Sequence record: OQ722176.1
Length of the DNA: 64,000 nucleotides
Reading direction: 5' to 3' (one strand)
Below the pieces are notes generated by a model that was not told the origin of the DNA, ran no database searches, and saw only the letters and a list, made by a program, of their open reading frames with translations. Position numbers and translations under genes: made by a program. Shown in pieces: positions 16,008 through 23,667 of the stretch. Each line of letters begins with the position of its first letter. Position 1 is the stretch's first letter.

Positions 16008-16029
16008 GAACTTTTTTCATTATTTTAAC

Positions 16030-16107
16030 TGGTGACCCGCGTGGGACTCGAACCCAACTATCTTTCGGTTATGAGCCGACTGCTTTTACCAGTTAAGCTA
16101 ACGGGCC
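16030..16107 (-). tRNA. tRNA with CAT anticodon (Met or Ile2)
   Basis: Cloverleaf, CCA. Confidence 0.85.
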
Positions 16108-16108
16108 A

Positions 16109-16477
16109 TTATCTCTCAAGAAATCGACCTACTTTGGCAGCAAAGATGTTTGCTTCTTCTGCTATAAGCGCAGATGTCTTCACTTGATGAAACATGTCTT
16201 GTTGGTGTAGAAAATCAAGTTTATCTGCACAGAGCAACAATTCTTTAATCGTCCGTCTAATCTCTAGGCAATCAAGCTGACTAGTGTCAGGGTGATAGTT
16301 GAGATTATCTAACACAGGCAGTACTTGTTGATAGCAACCCATGCCGATGAAGTTTATCATAAGTCGATACTGCATTTCAACAGCGAATGAGCAATATTTT
16401 CTAAGATTGCGCTTTACAATCTCACAACGATGCAAAATACAATCTAGCTCGTCGTTTATGTCATCAAACTTATTCAT
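16109..16477 (-). CDS. Hypothetical protein (122 aa)
   Basis: ORF track; GAGG SD. Confidence 0.65.
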   Translation of the reverse strand: MNKFDDINDELDCILHRCEIVKRNLRKYCSFAVEMQYRLMINFIGMGCYQQVLPVLDNLNYHPDTSQLDCLEIRRTIKELLLCADKLDFLHQQDMFHQVKTSALIAEEANIFAAKVGRFLER

Positions 16478-16490
16478 AAAACCTCGAAAG

Positions 16491-16611
16491 TGGTGGAGAG
16501 TGGTGGATTTGAACCACCGACAAAAAGATTTACCTAGTTAGGGTTTGCAGCATGAATGCTTATCAGAATTCTTTAACATTCTTTTGCTCTACCAGACTGA
16601 GCTAACTCTCC
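16491..16611 (-). ncRNA. tRNA-shaped RNA with ~45-nt insertion (UGCUGCAA motif)
   Basis: Acceptor+CCA, D and T arms intact; AAAAGA/UCUUUU stem encloses GAUA-loop hairpin + motif. Confidence 0.75.
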
Positions 16612-16625
16612 GTTGTAAAAACATA

Positions 16626-16751
16626 TTGATGCGGGTGCAGGATTCGAACCTGCGTCACGATCTTATGAATGATATGCGAATTGATTGCCGTACAGATTCT
16701 TATCAGAATCAGTTTTTTTGCTACGTGTGCTAACCACTACACCAACCCGCA
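16626..16751 (-). ncRNA. tRNA-shaped RNA with insertion (UACGGCAA motif), no encoded CCA
   Basis: D and T arms intact; acceptor helix extends to 19 bp. Confidence 0.7.
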
Positions 16752-17023
16752 TCAATATGTTTTCGAGTTCTTGCGCAGACCTAACGGTAATTCCCTACGC
16801 AAGAACCAGTAATCCTTGTTTTATATTGCCTTAGCTAATCACAACACAACCCAATATCGTGCGCTTTAATTACGGGATTAATGACCCGTTCGCATGTGAT
16901 TAGCGTAAAAGTATGATTACGCACCTTTTCTTCTTCAATGTCCAAGGCAAATAGAACTATGAATACTAGTGCGAGAAGATAGACAATCAAATTGCTCACC
17001 TCGCTTTGTTAGTGAGAGGACAT

Positions 17024-17146
17024 TGGTCGAGTGTAACAGAATCGAACTGTTCCCACGATCTCCCTATGATATGCGTAAATTGGTTGCTGAATATAATCAT
17101 GTCTGATTACAGTATGCTACGTGTGCTGCCACTACACCAACACTCG
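17024..17146 (-). ncRNA. tRNA-shaped RNA with insertion (UUCAGCAA motif)
   Basis: Paralogue of 16626-16751; A73-CCA; AUC-AUAGGGA-GAU anticodon-like loop. Confidence 0.75.
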
Positions 17147-17161
17147 ACCAATGTACTCTCG

Positions 17162-17312
17162 ATATTTTAAATGTGCGCTACTTGCACGCCGACTGAGCGA
17201 ATTTTAACTCAGCTAGTTTTTGTTCGTGAGTTAGTCCGCTAAGACTTCTCGCTGCTCAGCAGAACTTAACTGCCCCTATGTATTCATTGCGGCTAGCGCA
17301 CATTTAAAATAT
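17162..17312 (-). ncRNA. ~150-nt multibranch RNA closed by a perfect 19-bp helix
   Basis: ATATTTTAAATGTGCGCTA / TAGCGCACATTTAAAATAT plus internal stems. Confidence 0.55.
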
Positions 17313-17313
17313 T

Positions 17314-17422
17314 ACTCATCTTCAGCAAAGAGACAGAAACGATGAGTCTAGTCTGTTTAATCAAGTTGTTCATCTTCAATGAAGAGGCGAGAACGATGAA
17401 CTCTAGCTCGCTTAATCAACTG
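17314..17422 (-). repeat. Two ~54-nt units, each an H-type RNA pseudoknot
   Basis: Six compensatory base-pair changes between units. Confidence 0.75.
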
Positions 17423-17427
17423 TGTTA

Positions 17428-17455
17428 ATCTTATCAGCTTTTCAGCGAAAGTCAA
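17428..17455 (-). promoter_or_regulatory. Early promoter
   Basis: A-tract, TTGACT-16-TAAGAT. Confidence 0.6.
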
Positions 17456-17521
17456 CATCTTTTTTTCAAGTATTTCATCGAGTTAAGATTTTGTTTTCTG
17501 TCTCTCGACTCGATGAAATAC

Positions 17522-17549
17522 ATTCTACATCCTTTTCAGATGAAGTCAA
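17522..17549 (-). promoter_or_regulatory. Early promoter
   Basis: A-tract, TTGACT-16-(TG)TAGAAT. Confidence 0.6.
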
Positions 17550-17566
17550 CAACTTTTTTAAAGTTT

Positions 17567-17830
17567 TTAAGCGGAGATGATAATACCGCTTTCAGTCTCG
17601 CCTCGTTCAAGCGCAGCGTGCTTGATTTGAAGTTGCGAAACTGCTTGTTGAAGCTCAAGAATAGCTTTGTCGTAAAGTTTGTTGTTCTCTTTAAGCAAAG
17701 TAATCTGATCGGTCTGCAAACCAACTACGTACGTCAATAGAACGACGTTTTCATCGGAGTTCAGTGATTCAGGGTCTTCTTGATACTTTCGCAGTACTGC
17801 TTCAGTAGATAAGTCAGTCATTATTTTCAA
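17567..17830 (-). CDS. Hypothetical coiled-coil protein
   Basis: ORF track; heptad pattern. Confidence 0.65.
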   Translation of the reverse strand: MKIMTDLSTEAVLRKYQEDPESLNSDENVVLLTYVVGLQTDQITLLKENNKLYDKAILELQQAVSQLQIKHAALERGETESGIIISA

Positions 17831-18269
17831 CCCAATCTAGGTCTAGTGGTTCGAGATATTCATTAACAAGACGAACTTCAGTGTTAACGGACATCGGTGT
17901 GATAGCGTCGTCATACGATAACGTGACGTGCGGTTGATAGTCAGGGTAGTCGTGAGTACCACCGATAGAGATAAGGTCTTCGTGACGCGCTACAAGAGCA
18001 GGACATGACATCTTAGCAACGACAGCGTGCTTACCGTCTTGCGTTTTCCAACAGTCAATTTGTTCGACAGTGGCAACGAAAGTGGTATCTACTACAGGCA
18101 CATCAATTTGCTTACGACTATAAAGCACAGTCACGTGAAATTTATCTGGATCTAACGGATTTTTTAAACGAAGCGTTTGTTGCAATCGAACAAGCTCTTG
18201 CTTACTCGCTTCGTCTAATCTGATACCAACGTAAGTTCCCTGACTCTCAAGGAACTTAGATAGTTTCAT
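17814..18269 (-). CDS. 57B: gp57B / anti-CBASS Acb1-family 2H phosphoesterase
   Basis: Two HxT motifs (FHVTVLYS, PHVTLSY); T4 synteny 1-57A-57B-tRNAs. Confidence 0.85.
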   Translation of the reverse strand: MKLSKFLESQGTYVGIRLDEASKQELVRLQQTLRLKNPLDPDKFHVTVLYSRKQIDVPVVDTTFVATVEQIDCWKTQDGKHAVVAKMSCPALVARHEDLISIGGTHDYPDYQPHVTLSYDDAITPMSVNTEVRLVNEYLEPLDLDWVENND

Positions 18270-18532
18270 TATTCAGCTTCTTCTTCTACAGCTTCGACCT
18301 CAACAGGTCGTTCAGCTTTGCCAGTTAGGTAAGCGATTTCGTCAACGTAGTTCTGAAGAGAACTTGCTTTTTCTTGATCGAAATCTAGTAGTTGCGCTAG
18401 TACACCTACGAATTGACCGAATGAGTTACGTTCAGCTTGAAGAGCTTCTTGTAGGTCAAAGGTACGAACTTTAAGATCTTTGATTACTGCTTCTTTCTGC
18501 TCGATTACTTGTTCTGGAGTTTGTTGTGACAT
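18269..18532 (-). CDS. 57A: Tail fibre chaperone gp57A
   Basis: Acidic coiled coil, synteny. Confidence 0.7.
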   Translation of the reverse strand: MSQQTPEQVIEQKEAVIKDLKVRTFDLQEALQAERNSFGQFVGVLAQLLDFDQEKASSLQNYVDEIAYLTGKAERPVEVEAVEEEAE

Positions 18533-18541
18533 TTCTTCACC

Positions 18542-19180
18542 TTAAAATAAATTGTTGATTTTTTCATGCAGTTCTTCAAGAGAACCGTTATTGTCTATTT
18601 GAATTGCGTCGCTAATATGACCCAACTCAGTATCGCTAATGTGATTAGATGCAAGCGAACCGTTTCTGGTTACTTGAAGCATCGTGCCACCAAGCTCTTG
18701 TACTAAATGCAATTCGTTTTCAAAACGAACATCCGTTATTATAAACACCAATTCGGGATTGTTAAACACTAGCTCATTGTATTTATTGCGTGCATAATTG
18801 ATCCAGTGCTGATCATCAAGCGAACGAGCAACATCAGTGCCAGTCATTTGTAGTAAGTCACGGATGCTGAAAAGTGTCGTGTGAGGCAGCAGAGAGTAGT
18901 AGACATAATCATAATCAGCGTCTACGTTTGCATATTCACAGCAGGTTAATACAAGTTCTACAGCTTCATCGAAAGTGAATGTCGGGATTTCTCTATCAAA
19001 GTCATTCTGCCCGTCGATGTCTGCGTACTCATAGCCGTATTCTTTTAGTCCAATGTACAATCCCTCTTTAATCGGGTCTGCAAATTTGTAAACATAAGCA
19101 TTATCACTATGAGATTCTTTCAGGATGTCAGCGACTGTATCTTTGCCAGATCGCTTCTGCCCATTGATTCCTATTATCAT
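18542..19180 (-). CDS. 1: dNMP kinase gp1
   Basis: IGINGQKRSGKDT P-loop, FADPIK, ITDVRF. Confidence 0.9.
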   Translation of the reverse strand: MIIGINGQKRSGKDTVADILKESHSDNAYVYKFADPIKEGLYIGLKEYGYEYADIDGQNDFDREIPTFTFDEAVELVLTCCEYANVDADYDYVYYSLLPHTTLFSIRDLLQMTGTDVARSLDDQHWINYARNKYNELVFNNPELVFIITDVRFENELHLVQELGGTMLQVTRNGSLASNHISDTELGHISDAIQIDNNGSLEELHEKINNLF

Positions 19181-19277
19181 AATGAGTTACCAGTCAATAG
19201 TTGTTTCGTATCTCGATTATACGATGAAAATGGCGTATTCTAAACAAGTGGGGATTACACTAGTTTCTCTAATTTTT

Positions 19278-19365
19278 CTAATATCTCTAAGTTCACTAAA
19301 ACTACTAATACTACTAAGATGATGCGGAATTTTTCCGCCTCAGATCCAATCCTGCCGCTTCGCTC
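19278..19365. repeat. Intergenic ~88-bp element, copy 1
   Basis: Reverse complement of 45222-45307; 60/64 identity in core. Confidence 0.85.
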
Positions 19366-19378
19366 TAGATTCAGATAC

Positions 19379-19400
19379 AAAAAAAGCCCCGAAGGGGCTT
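19379..19400 (-). terminator. Terminator after gene 3
   Basis: AAGCCCC-TTCG-GGGCTTTTTTT. Confidence 0.85.
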
Positions 19401-19403
19401 AAT

Positions 19404-19934
19404 TTAGGTGATGGGTGTTATTGTTACTTCTTTACCATCTACTTTATGAACCATTTCAAAGTAAGCGTATTCGAACTCGACATCACATGTAACTGTTTCA
19501 ACGTCACCTGATTCTGTGTAGTTCCATTCGATTGCACTTAATGACTTTGGGAACGCATTGATAAAGCGATACGTAGCAACAGTCTTTTCTTTGTTATTGT
19601 CTAGAACATGTAGCAATAGAGTTACTGGAACTTTACCGTCACTGTTACTGGGACCAATAGGGTTATTCATGGTGATTAACCACTTGTATAACTCAGCGTA
19701 AGTCCTCATTTCTTCATCGACTAGAAACTGGATTGATAAGTCATCGTACGAAGTGCCTGAACCTGCTATGTTGTTGTTAGCTAGTTTGGCGTACTTTGAA
19801 CCACGACTTATACTTGCAATTTCCATATTAACACCCGGGATTGTGGCAGTTTGAATCTGCCACTGAAACGTGTCCGTTGCCCCGTTGTCTGGTATGTCGA
19901 TTCGGAAGTTATTCTTCATCGTCAAGTTTTTCAT
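19404..19934 (-). CDS. 3: Tail tube terminator gp3
   Basis: FLVDEEMRTY, FINAFP motifs; synteny. Confidence 0.85.
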   Translation of the reverse strand: MKNLTMKNNFRIDIPDNGATDTFQWQIQTATIPGVNMEIASISRGSKYAKLANNNIAGSGTSYDDLSIQFLVDEEMRTYAELYKWLITMNNPIGPSNSDGKVPVTLLLHVLDNNKEKTVATYRFINAFPKSLSAIEWNYTESGDVETVTCDVEFEYAYFEMVHKVDGKEVTITPIT

Positions 19935-21892
19935 TAGTTGAACGTACCTCTTGTAGTTGGCATCTTAGCTTCGCCACCTGTAGTTAATGGTCTGGTGAAG
20001 TTCGTTGTATTCTGAACTGTGCTTACAGCGTTGTTAACAAAGTTCGAACCGACTTCTTTCGATTGCTGTGCTGCTCTGAATGCTGCTTCACGCGCTGCGA
20101 CTGCTTCTAAGATTACTGAACGCTTGATCTCTTGGAATGGCTTGATAATCCCTTCGTCGATCATACGTTGTCTCTCAGCAGCAACAATGGCGTCCTCTTC
20201 CATTTGCTTTTTCTCAACTTCAGCAGCTAAGAATCTATCAAGTGTTTCGGCAGATGACGCAAGACGTTTAGCTGGATCTTTAACTGCATCCATCACACCC
20301 TTAGCCCCGTCTACAACGCTCTGTGCTGCGTTCTTAGCACCGTCTGCGATTGCATCCCCAGCTTTCCCTAAGTAGTTAGTTTGATAGCGTTCAGTCAGTC
20401 TAGCGTTAACTTCTGACTTGTCGGCATCTAGCTTACCTCGTTCAGCAGATAGCTTGTCTTTGCCTAGCATTTCTGGTCTGTCAACACCTGGGATCCAGTC
20501 GATAATGCTACCAGCCATTTCTTTGATGTTTAACATCAAGTTCTGAATTGATAACATAAGCAATCTGAACGAGTCAGGGATAGACAAGAAACTTGCAATC
20601 ACGCTGTTAATCGCGTTCACGTACATATTGAATGCTTTCTGAACAAACGAAGTTAGCTTCTGGAAGCCAGCAACTACGCCTTCGACTGCACCTTCAGGTA
20701 TTGCTTCTTCAATACTTTCACCGACACCGCCAAACCAGTTCGAAATGCTCTGAATTACGCCATTAAACCAATTCGAGACCATTGCAAACAATGCGGCTCG
20801 TTTTTCGGGGTCTGAGAATATGCTTTTCAGTGCTACGAAAATTCGGTCAATTTCTTCTTCGAATAGCTTGTAAATACCATAACCTGCAAGCATACCAATC
20901 AACGCAACTGGGTTTAGCATAATGCCAATCATTCGACCTAGACCTAAGAACAGTCTTTTCACGACGAACATCATCCAGCCTTTAACAGTACCTGACATGT
21001 CAGTTGCTAGAGATTGAATTATGTTACCCGTTCCTTTACCGAATTTACCAAATCCGAGCAAGATCGTTGACGCTATACGCCCTAATGCACCAAATTTTGA
21101 TGCTGCCATAGAAGCATTGGCTAACGAGGTTGATAGAAGTATTGCTTGTCCACCGAGAAACGTGACAAATGCACCAAACAGTTTGAATACTTTAGCAATC
21201 CAACCTAGTTTCTGACCGATTAGATGTGTGGCAATTCGCTTCAAGTCTTTTGCTTGGTTGCGCTGAACTTTCATGTTCTCTTTGTAACGATGAAGTTCAG
21301 TTTTACGATTTCGTGTTTCGGTTACAACTTGATACGCAAATATCTTCCTGTACAACGCGCTTATAAAGCCCACAGTAAGCGGCGAGTTGTTACCCGCACC
21401 GTTCGTCAAGAAACTATTCAAATCATCAGCAGCCGTCTTCTGAAGCCCTATGACGCGCTTCATGTCATTGACTCTGAAAATCAGACGTTCAAACCAACGA
21501 GTAAACCCCTCCTGCATACGTGCGAACTGCATTTTTGCAGTCAAGTGCATTTCTTGAATGCCACGGTTGATTCGATTCAGATGACCTTTAAAGTCTAACG
21601 TCGTTTTGATAACATCAGTAAGTGATATGATCGCAGCACGAACTTTATTAGATGTCTGATCAAAGTTTTCAATAACACGCTGAAACAGACCTTTTTGCTG
21701 TGCTACTGCTTTTTCATTTGTTTTAAACACCGACTGCATAGTTTCGAGCATCGACGTGGTTGTAATATCAATGTTACTGATATGACGAGCCACGCGCTGC
21801 ATCGTATAAACTTCAGGTCGGTCTTCTTGTTGAAGAATGATATGATCTAATCTTCCGATTATCTCATTCATCTTCTTGTCGTCAGCCGCCAT
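19934..21892 (-). CDS. 29: Baseplate hub / tape-measure protein, gp29-like
   Basis: 652 aa, helical with hydrophobic middle; among hub genes. Confidence 0.55.
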   Translation of the reverse strand: MAADDKKMNEIIGRLDHIILQQEDRPEVYTMQRVARHISNIDITTTSMLETMQSVFKTNEKAVAQQKGLFQRVIENFDQTSNKVRAAIISLTDVIKTTLDFKGHLNRINRGIQEMHLTAKMQFARMQEGFTRWFERLIFRVNDMKRVIGLQKTAADDLNSFLTNGAGNNSPLTVGFISALYRKIFAYQVVTETRNRKTELHRYKENMKVQRNQAKDLKRIATHLIGQKLGWIAKVFKLFGAFVTFLGGQAILLSTSLANASMAASKFGALGRIASTILLGFGKFGKGTGNIIQSLATDMSGTVKGWMMFVVKRLFLGLGRMIGIMLNPVALIGMLAGYGIYKLFEEEIDRIFVALKSIFSDPEKRAALFAMVSNWFNGVIQSISNWFGGVGESIEEAIPEGAVEGVVAGFQKLTSFVQKAFNMYVNAINSVIASFLSIPDSFRLLMLSIQNLMLNIKEMAGSIIDWIPGVDRPEMLGKDKLSAERGKLDADKSEVNARLTERYQTNYLGKAGDAIADGAKNAAQSVVDGAKGVMDAVKDPAKRLASSAETLDRFLAAEVEKKQMEEDAIVAAERQRMIDEGIIKPFQEIKRSVILEAVAAREAAFRAAQQSKEVGSNFVNNAVSTVQNTTNFTRPLTTGGEAKMPTTRGTFN

Positions 21893-22059
21893 TATTGTTG
21901 TTCCTTATTCTTTTCTTGGATGTAATGTATAAGCTGTGCGGCATAGATTTCACGCTCGAATAGAACCATTGTTTCTAAATCGTGAAGAGAGAAATTGCCA
22001 TGAGTGATCATGGCAAAATTTTCCTTGTAATACTCTTCAAGTGAGTATCTACCGAGCAT
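21892..22059 (-). CDS. 51: Baseplate hub assembly protein gp51
   Basis: SLEEYYKENFAM...FSLHDLETM...EREIY; ATG 22059 overlaps gp26 stop. Confidence 0.75.
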   Translation of the reverse strand: MLGRYSLEEYYKENFAMITHGNFSLHDLETMVLFEREIYAAQLIHYIQEKNKEQQ

Positions 22060-22907
22060 TATACGAAAAAATCTTCGATGCCTCGTAGCATTACTTTCTC
22101 GTGGTTGCCACACTTCGGACATTTAACGTCGATGTGTGATGTCACACGCGGTACAGAATCAACAAACGTTTGAACTTTCTTGAATGCTGCCGTGTCGAGT
22201 TCGCCCATGATGTTGACTAGTTGATTCTGAGCTTCCAATTCTTCTTTGGTGTACACAGTATCGCCAACATGAACTTCTTTAATCGCAGCAACTGCAATGT
22301 TGAACAACCCTTGTGGTGTATTTGGGTCGTTGTTCTCGTACACGCGAATAGTTGGGTGTTGCAACTTGATTACAACGCGAGGGTTGACCTTAACAAAGTC
22401 TTCGCCTTTATATTCTGGTACGAATGCAGATTTCAAGTCGATGTTTGTTGTAATGCGTTCACCACACAGATGTTTTTCTGGGGCAAACACAGATTCGATT
22501 GCTTCTTCGTCTGATTGATTCATGATCTCAGCGAATATGTCATCGGCAGATTTTTCAAGCTCTGCTTCTTCCTCTTGAGAAAGTTTCTGAAGCTCTTCTT
22601 CTGGCTTATCTGCACAGCAGTTGTATTCGGCTTGAATGCTAGTTACACCATTGCTGTTCATGTACATGTGCAAGAACAGATATTCAGCATCACCAACAGT
22701 CAGTTCGTCCATGTTGATGTCAGAAACAATACAGTTTTCAAGACATTGTTCGATTGCGTCTATCTTTTCATCGGATTCATTCGCGATTAGCAATGCTTTG
22801 TGCTCTTTTGCAAGCATTGCACGCAGTTTAATTTCTTCACCAGTTGATGGTAGTTTTACAGTATATTGTGGCGCAGCTAGTACGCTAATATCAAATGTTT
22901 TGGTCAT
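22059..22907 (-). CDS. 26: Baseplate hub subunit gp26
   Basis: LPSTGEEIKLR...KEHKALL; C-terminal CPKCG...GIEDFF. Confidence 0.8.
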   Translation of the reverse strand: MTKTFDISVLAAPQYTVKLPSTGEEIKLRAMLAKEHKALLIANESDEKIDAIEQCLENCIVSDINMDELTVGDAEYLFLHMYMNSNGVTSIQAEYNCCADKPEEELQKLSQEEEAELEKSADDIFAEIMNQSDEEAIESVFAPEKHLCGERITTNIDLKSAFVPEYKGEDFVKVNPRVVIKLQHPTIRVYENNDPNTPQGLFNIAVAAIKEVHVGDTVYTKEELEAQNQLVNIMGELDTAAFKKVQTFVDSVPRVTSHIDVKCPKCGNHEKVMLRGIEDFFV

Positions 22908-22917
22908 GATGTTTACC

Positions 22918-23664
22918 TTAGAATAGACCTGAAATCAATTCAGTGCCTGTATTGAAAAAGCTGTTATATGTTTTCTCGAAGTTCTGAGTAATACCCAACG
23001 CATCCGAGACTGTGCTTGATAAATCTTCAGTCATATATGATGCACTTTCATACACAAATTCAACTTCAAATTCAGCGACCGCGTTGTTGTTTTCGTAACC
23101 TAGTTGAACCCCACCAACACGAATCGGAAACGCATTTTTAAGACTGGTCATTGTTACCATGTCTGCATTTCGGTCGTACGTGTAGATCTCGATTGTACGA
23201 GCATAGTTAGCGAAGAATCCAACTTGTGCTGAATCATTCGCGTAGATTTGCTTAAACCAACCTAGCAGCATCTTACGCTCTGGGTGAGTTGGTGACAAAT
23301 ACAACGACATGGTGACCGTCTCATCGGTCTTTGCTTTGACTACGTGATGAGGTCTGCGACGTGTCTTATCAACGTCTGTTTCGTACGACGAACCCGGGAT
23401 GTTGACTGATTTAACCATCATCCCTATATTTCGTTCAAACTCAAACCCAGATCCGAATAGCGAAGCAGTTGAAGCAAGGGCATCTTGCACACCGACACCC
23501 TTAATGTCACTGAAATCGGCGTTCAAGAATGATTCGCCGGTATTCATGACTTGCTTTGCTGTATCTTGCAGCGATGCAAATCGCACCGCATACAAGTTTT
23601 GTCTTGCTAAGTCGTTCTTCGTGATGTGAGATAAGAACTTCTTAACATCTATTCCGATTGCCAT
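22918..23664 (-). CDS. 54: Baseplate tail tube initiator gp54
   Basis: DLARQNLY, NAFPIRVGGVQLGY tube-fold motifs. Confidence 0.7.
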   Translation of the reverse strand: MAIGIDVKKFLSHITKNDLARQNLYAVRFASLQDTAKQVMNTGESFLNADFSDIKGVGVQDALASTASLFGSGFEFERNIGMMVKSVNIPGSSYETDVDKTRRRPHHVVKAKTDETVTMSLYLSPTHPERKMLLGWFKQIYANDSAQVGFFANYARTIEIYTYDRNADMVTMTSLKNAFPIRVGGVQLGYENNNAVAEFEVEFVYESASYMTEDLSSTVSDALGITQNFEKTYNSFFNTGTELISGLF

Positions 23665-23667
23665 TCG

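Noticed and set aside
7919-16107. Theta (HDV-like) ribozymes downstream of tRNAs
   Set aside because: No nested double pseudoknot recognisable after the CCA ends I inspected; not exhaustively excluded
16837-16993. Possible TTG-start membrane peptide (IVYLLALVFIVLFALDIEEEK...) after a GAGGTG SD
   Set aside because: Short, non-ATG start, overlaps a structured spacer; cannot support
13533-17422. Direct repeats as a CRISPR array
   Set aside because: Only two copies each, no spacers, and better explained as promoters and pseudoknots
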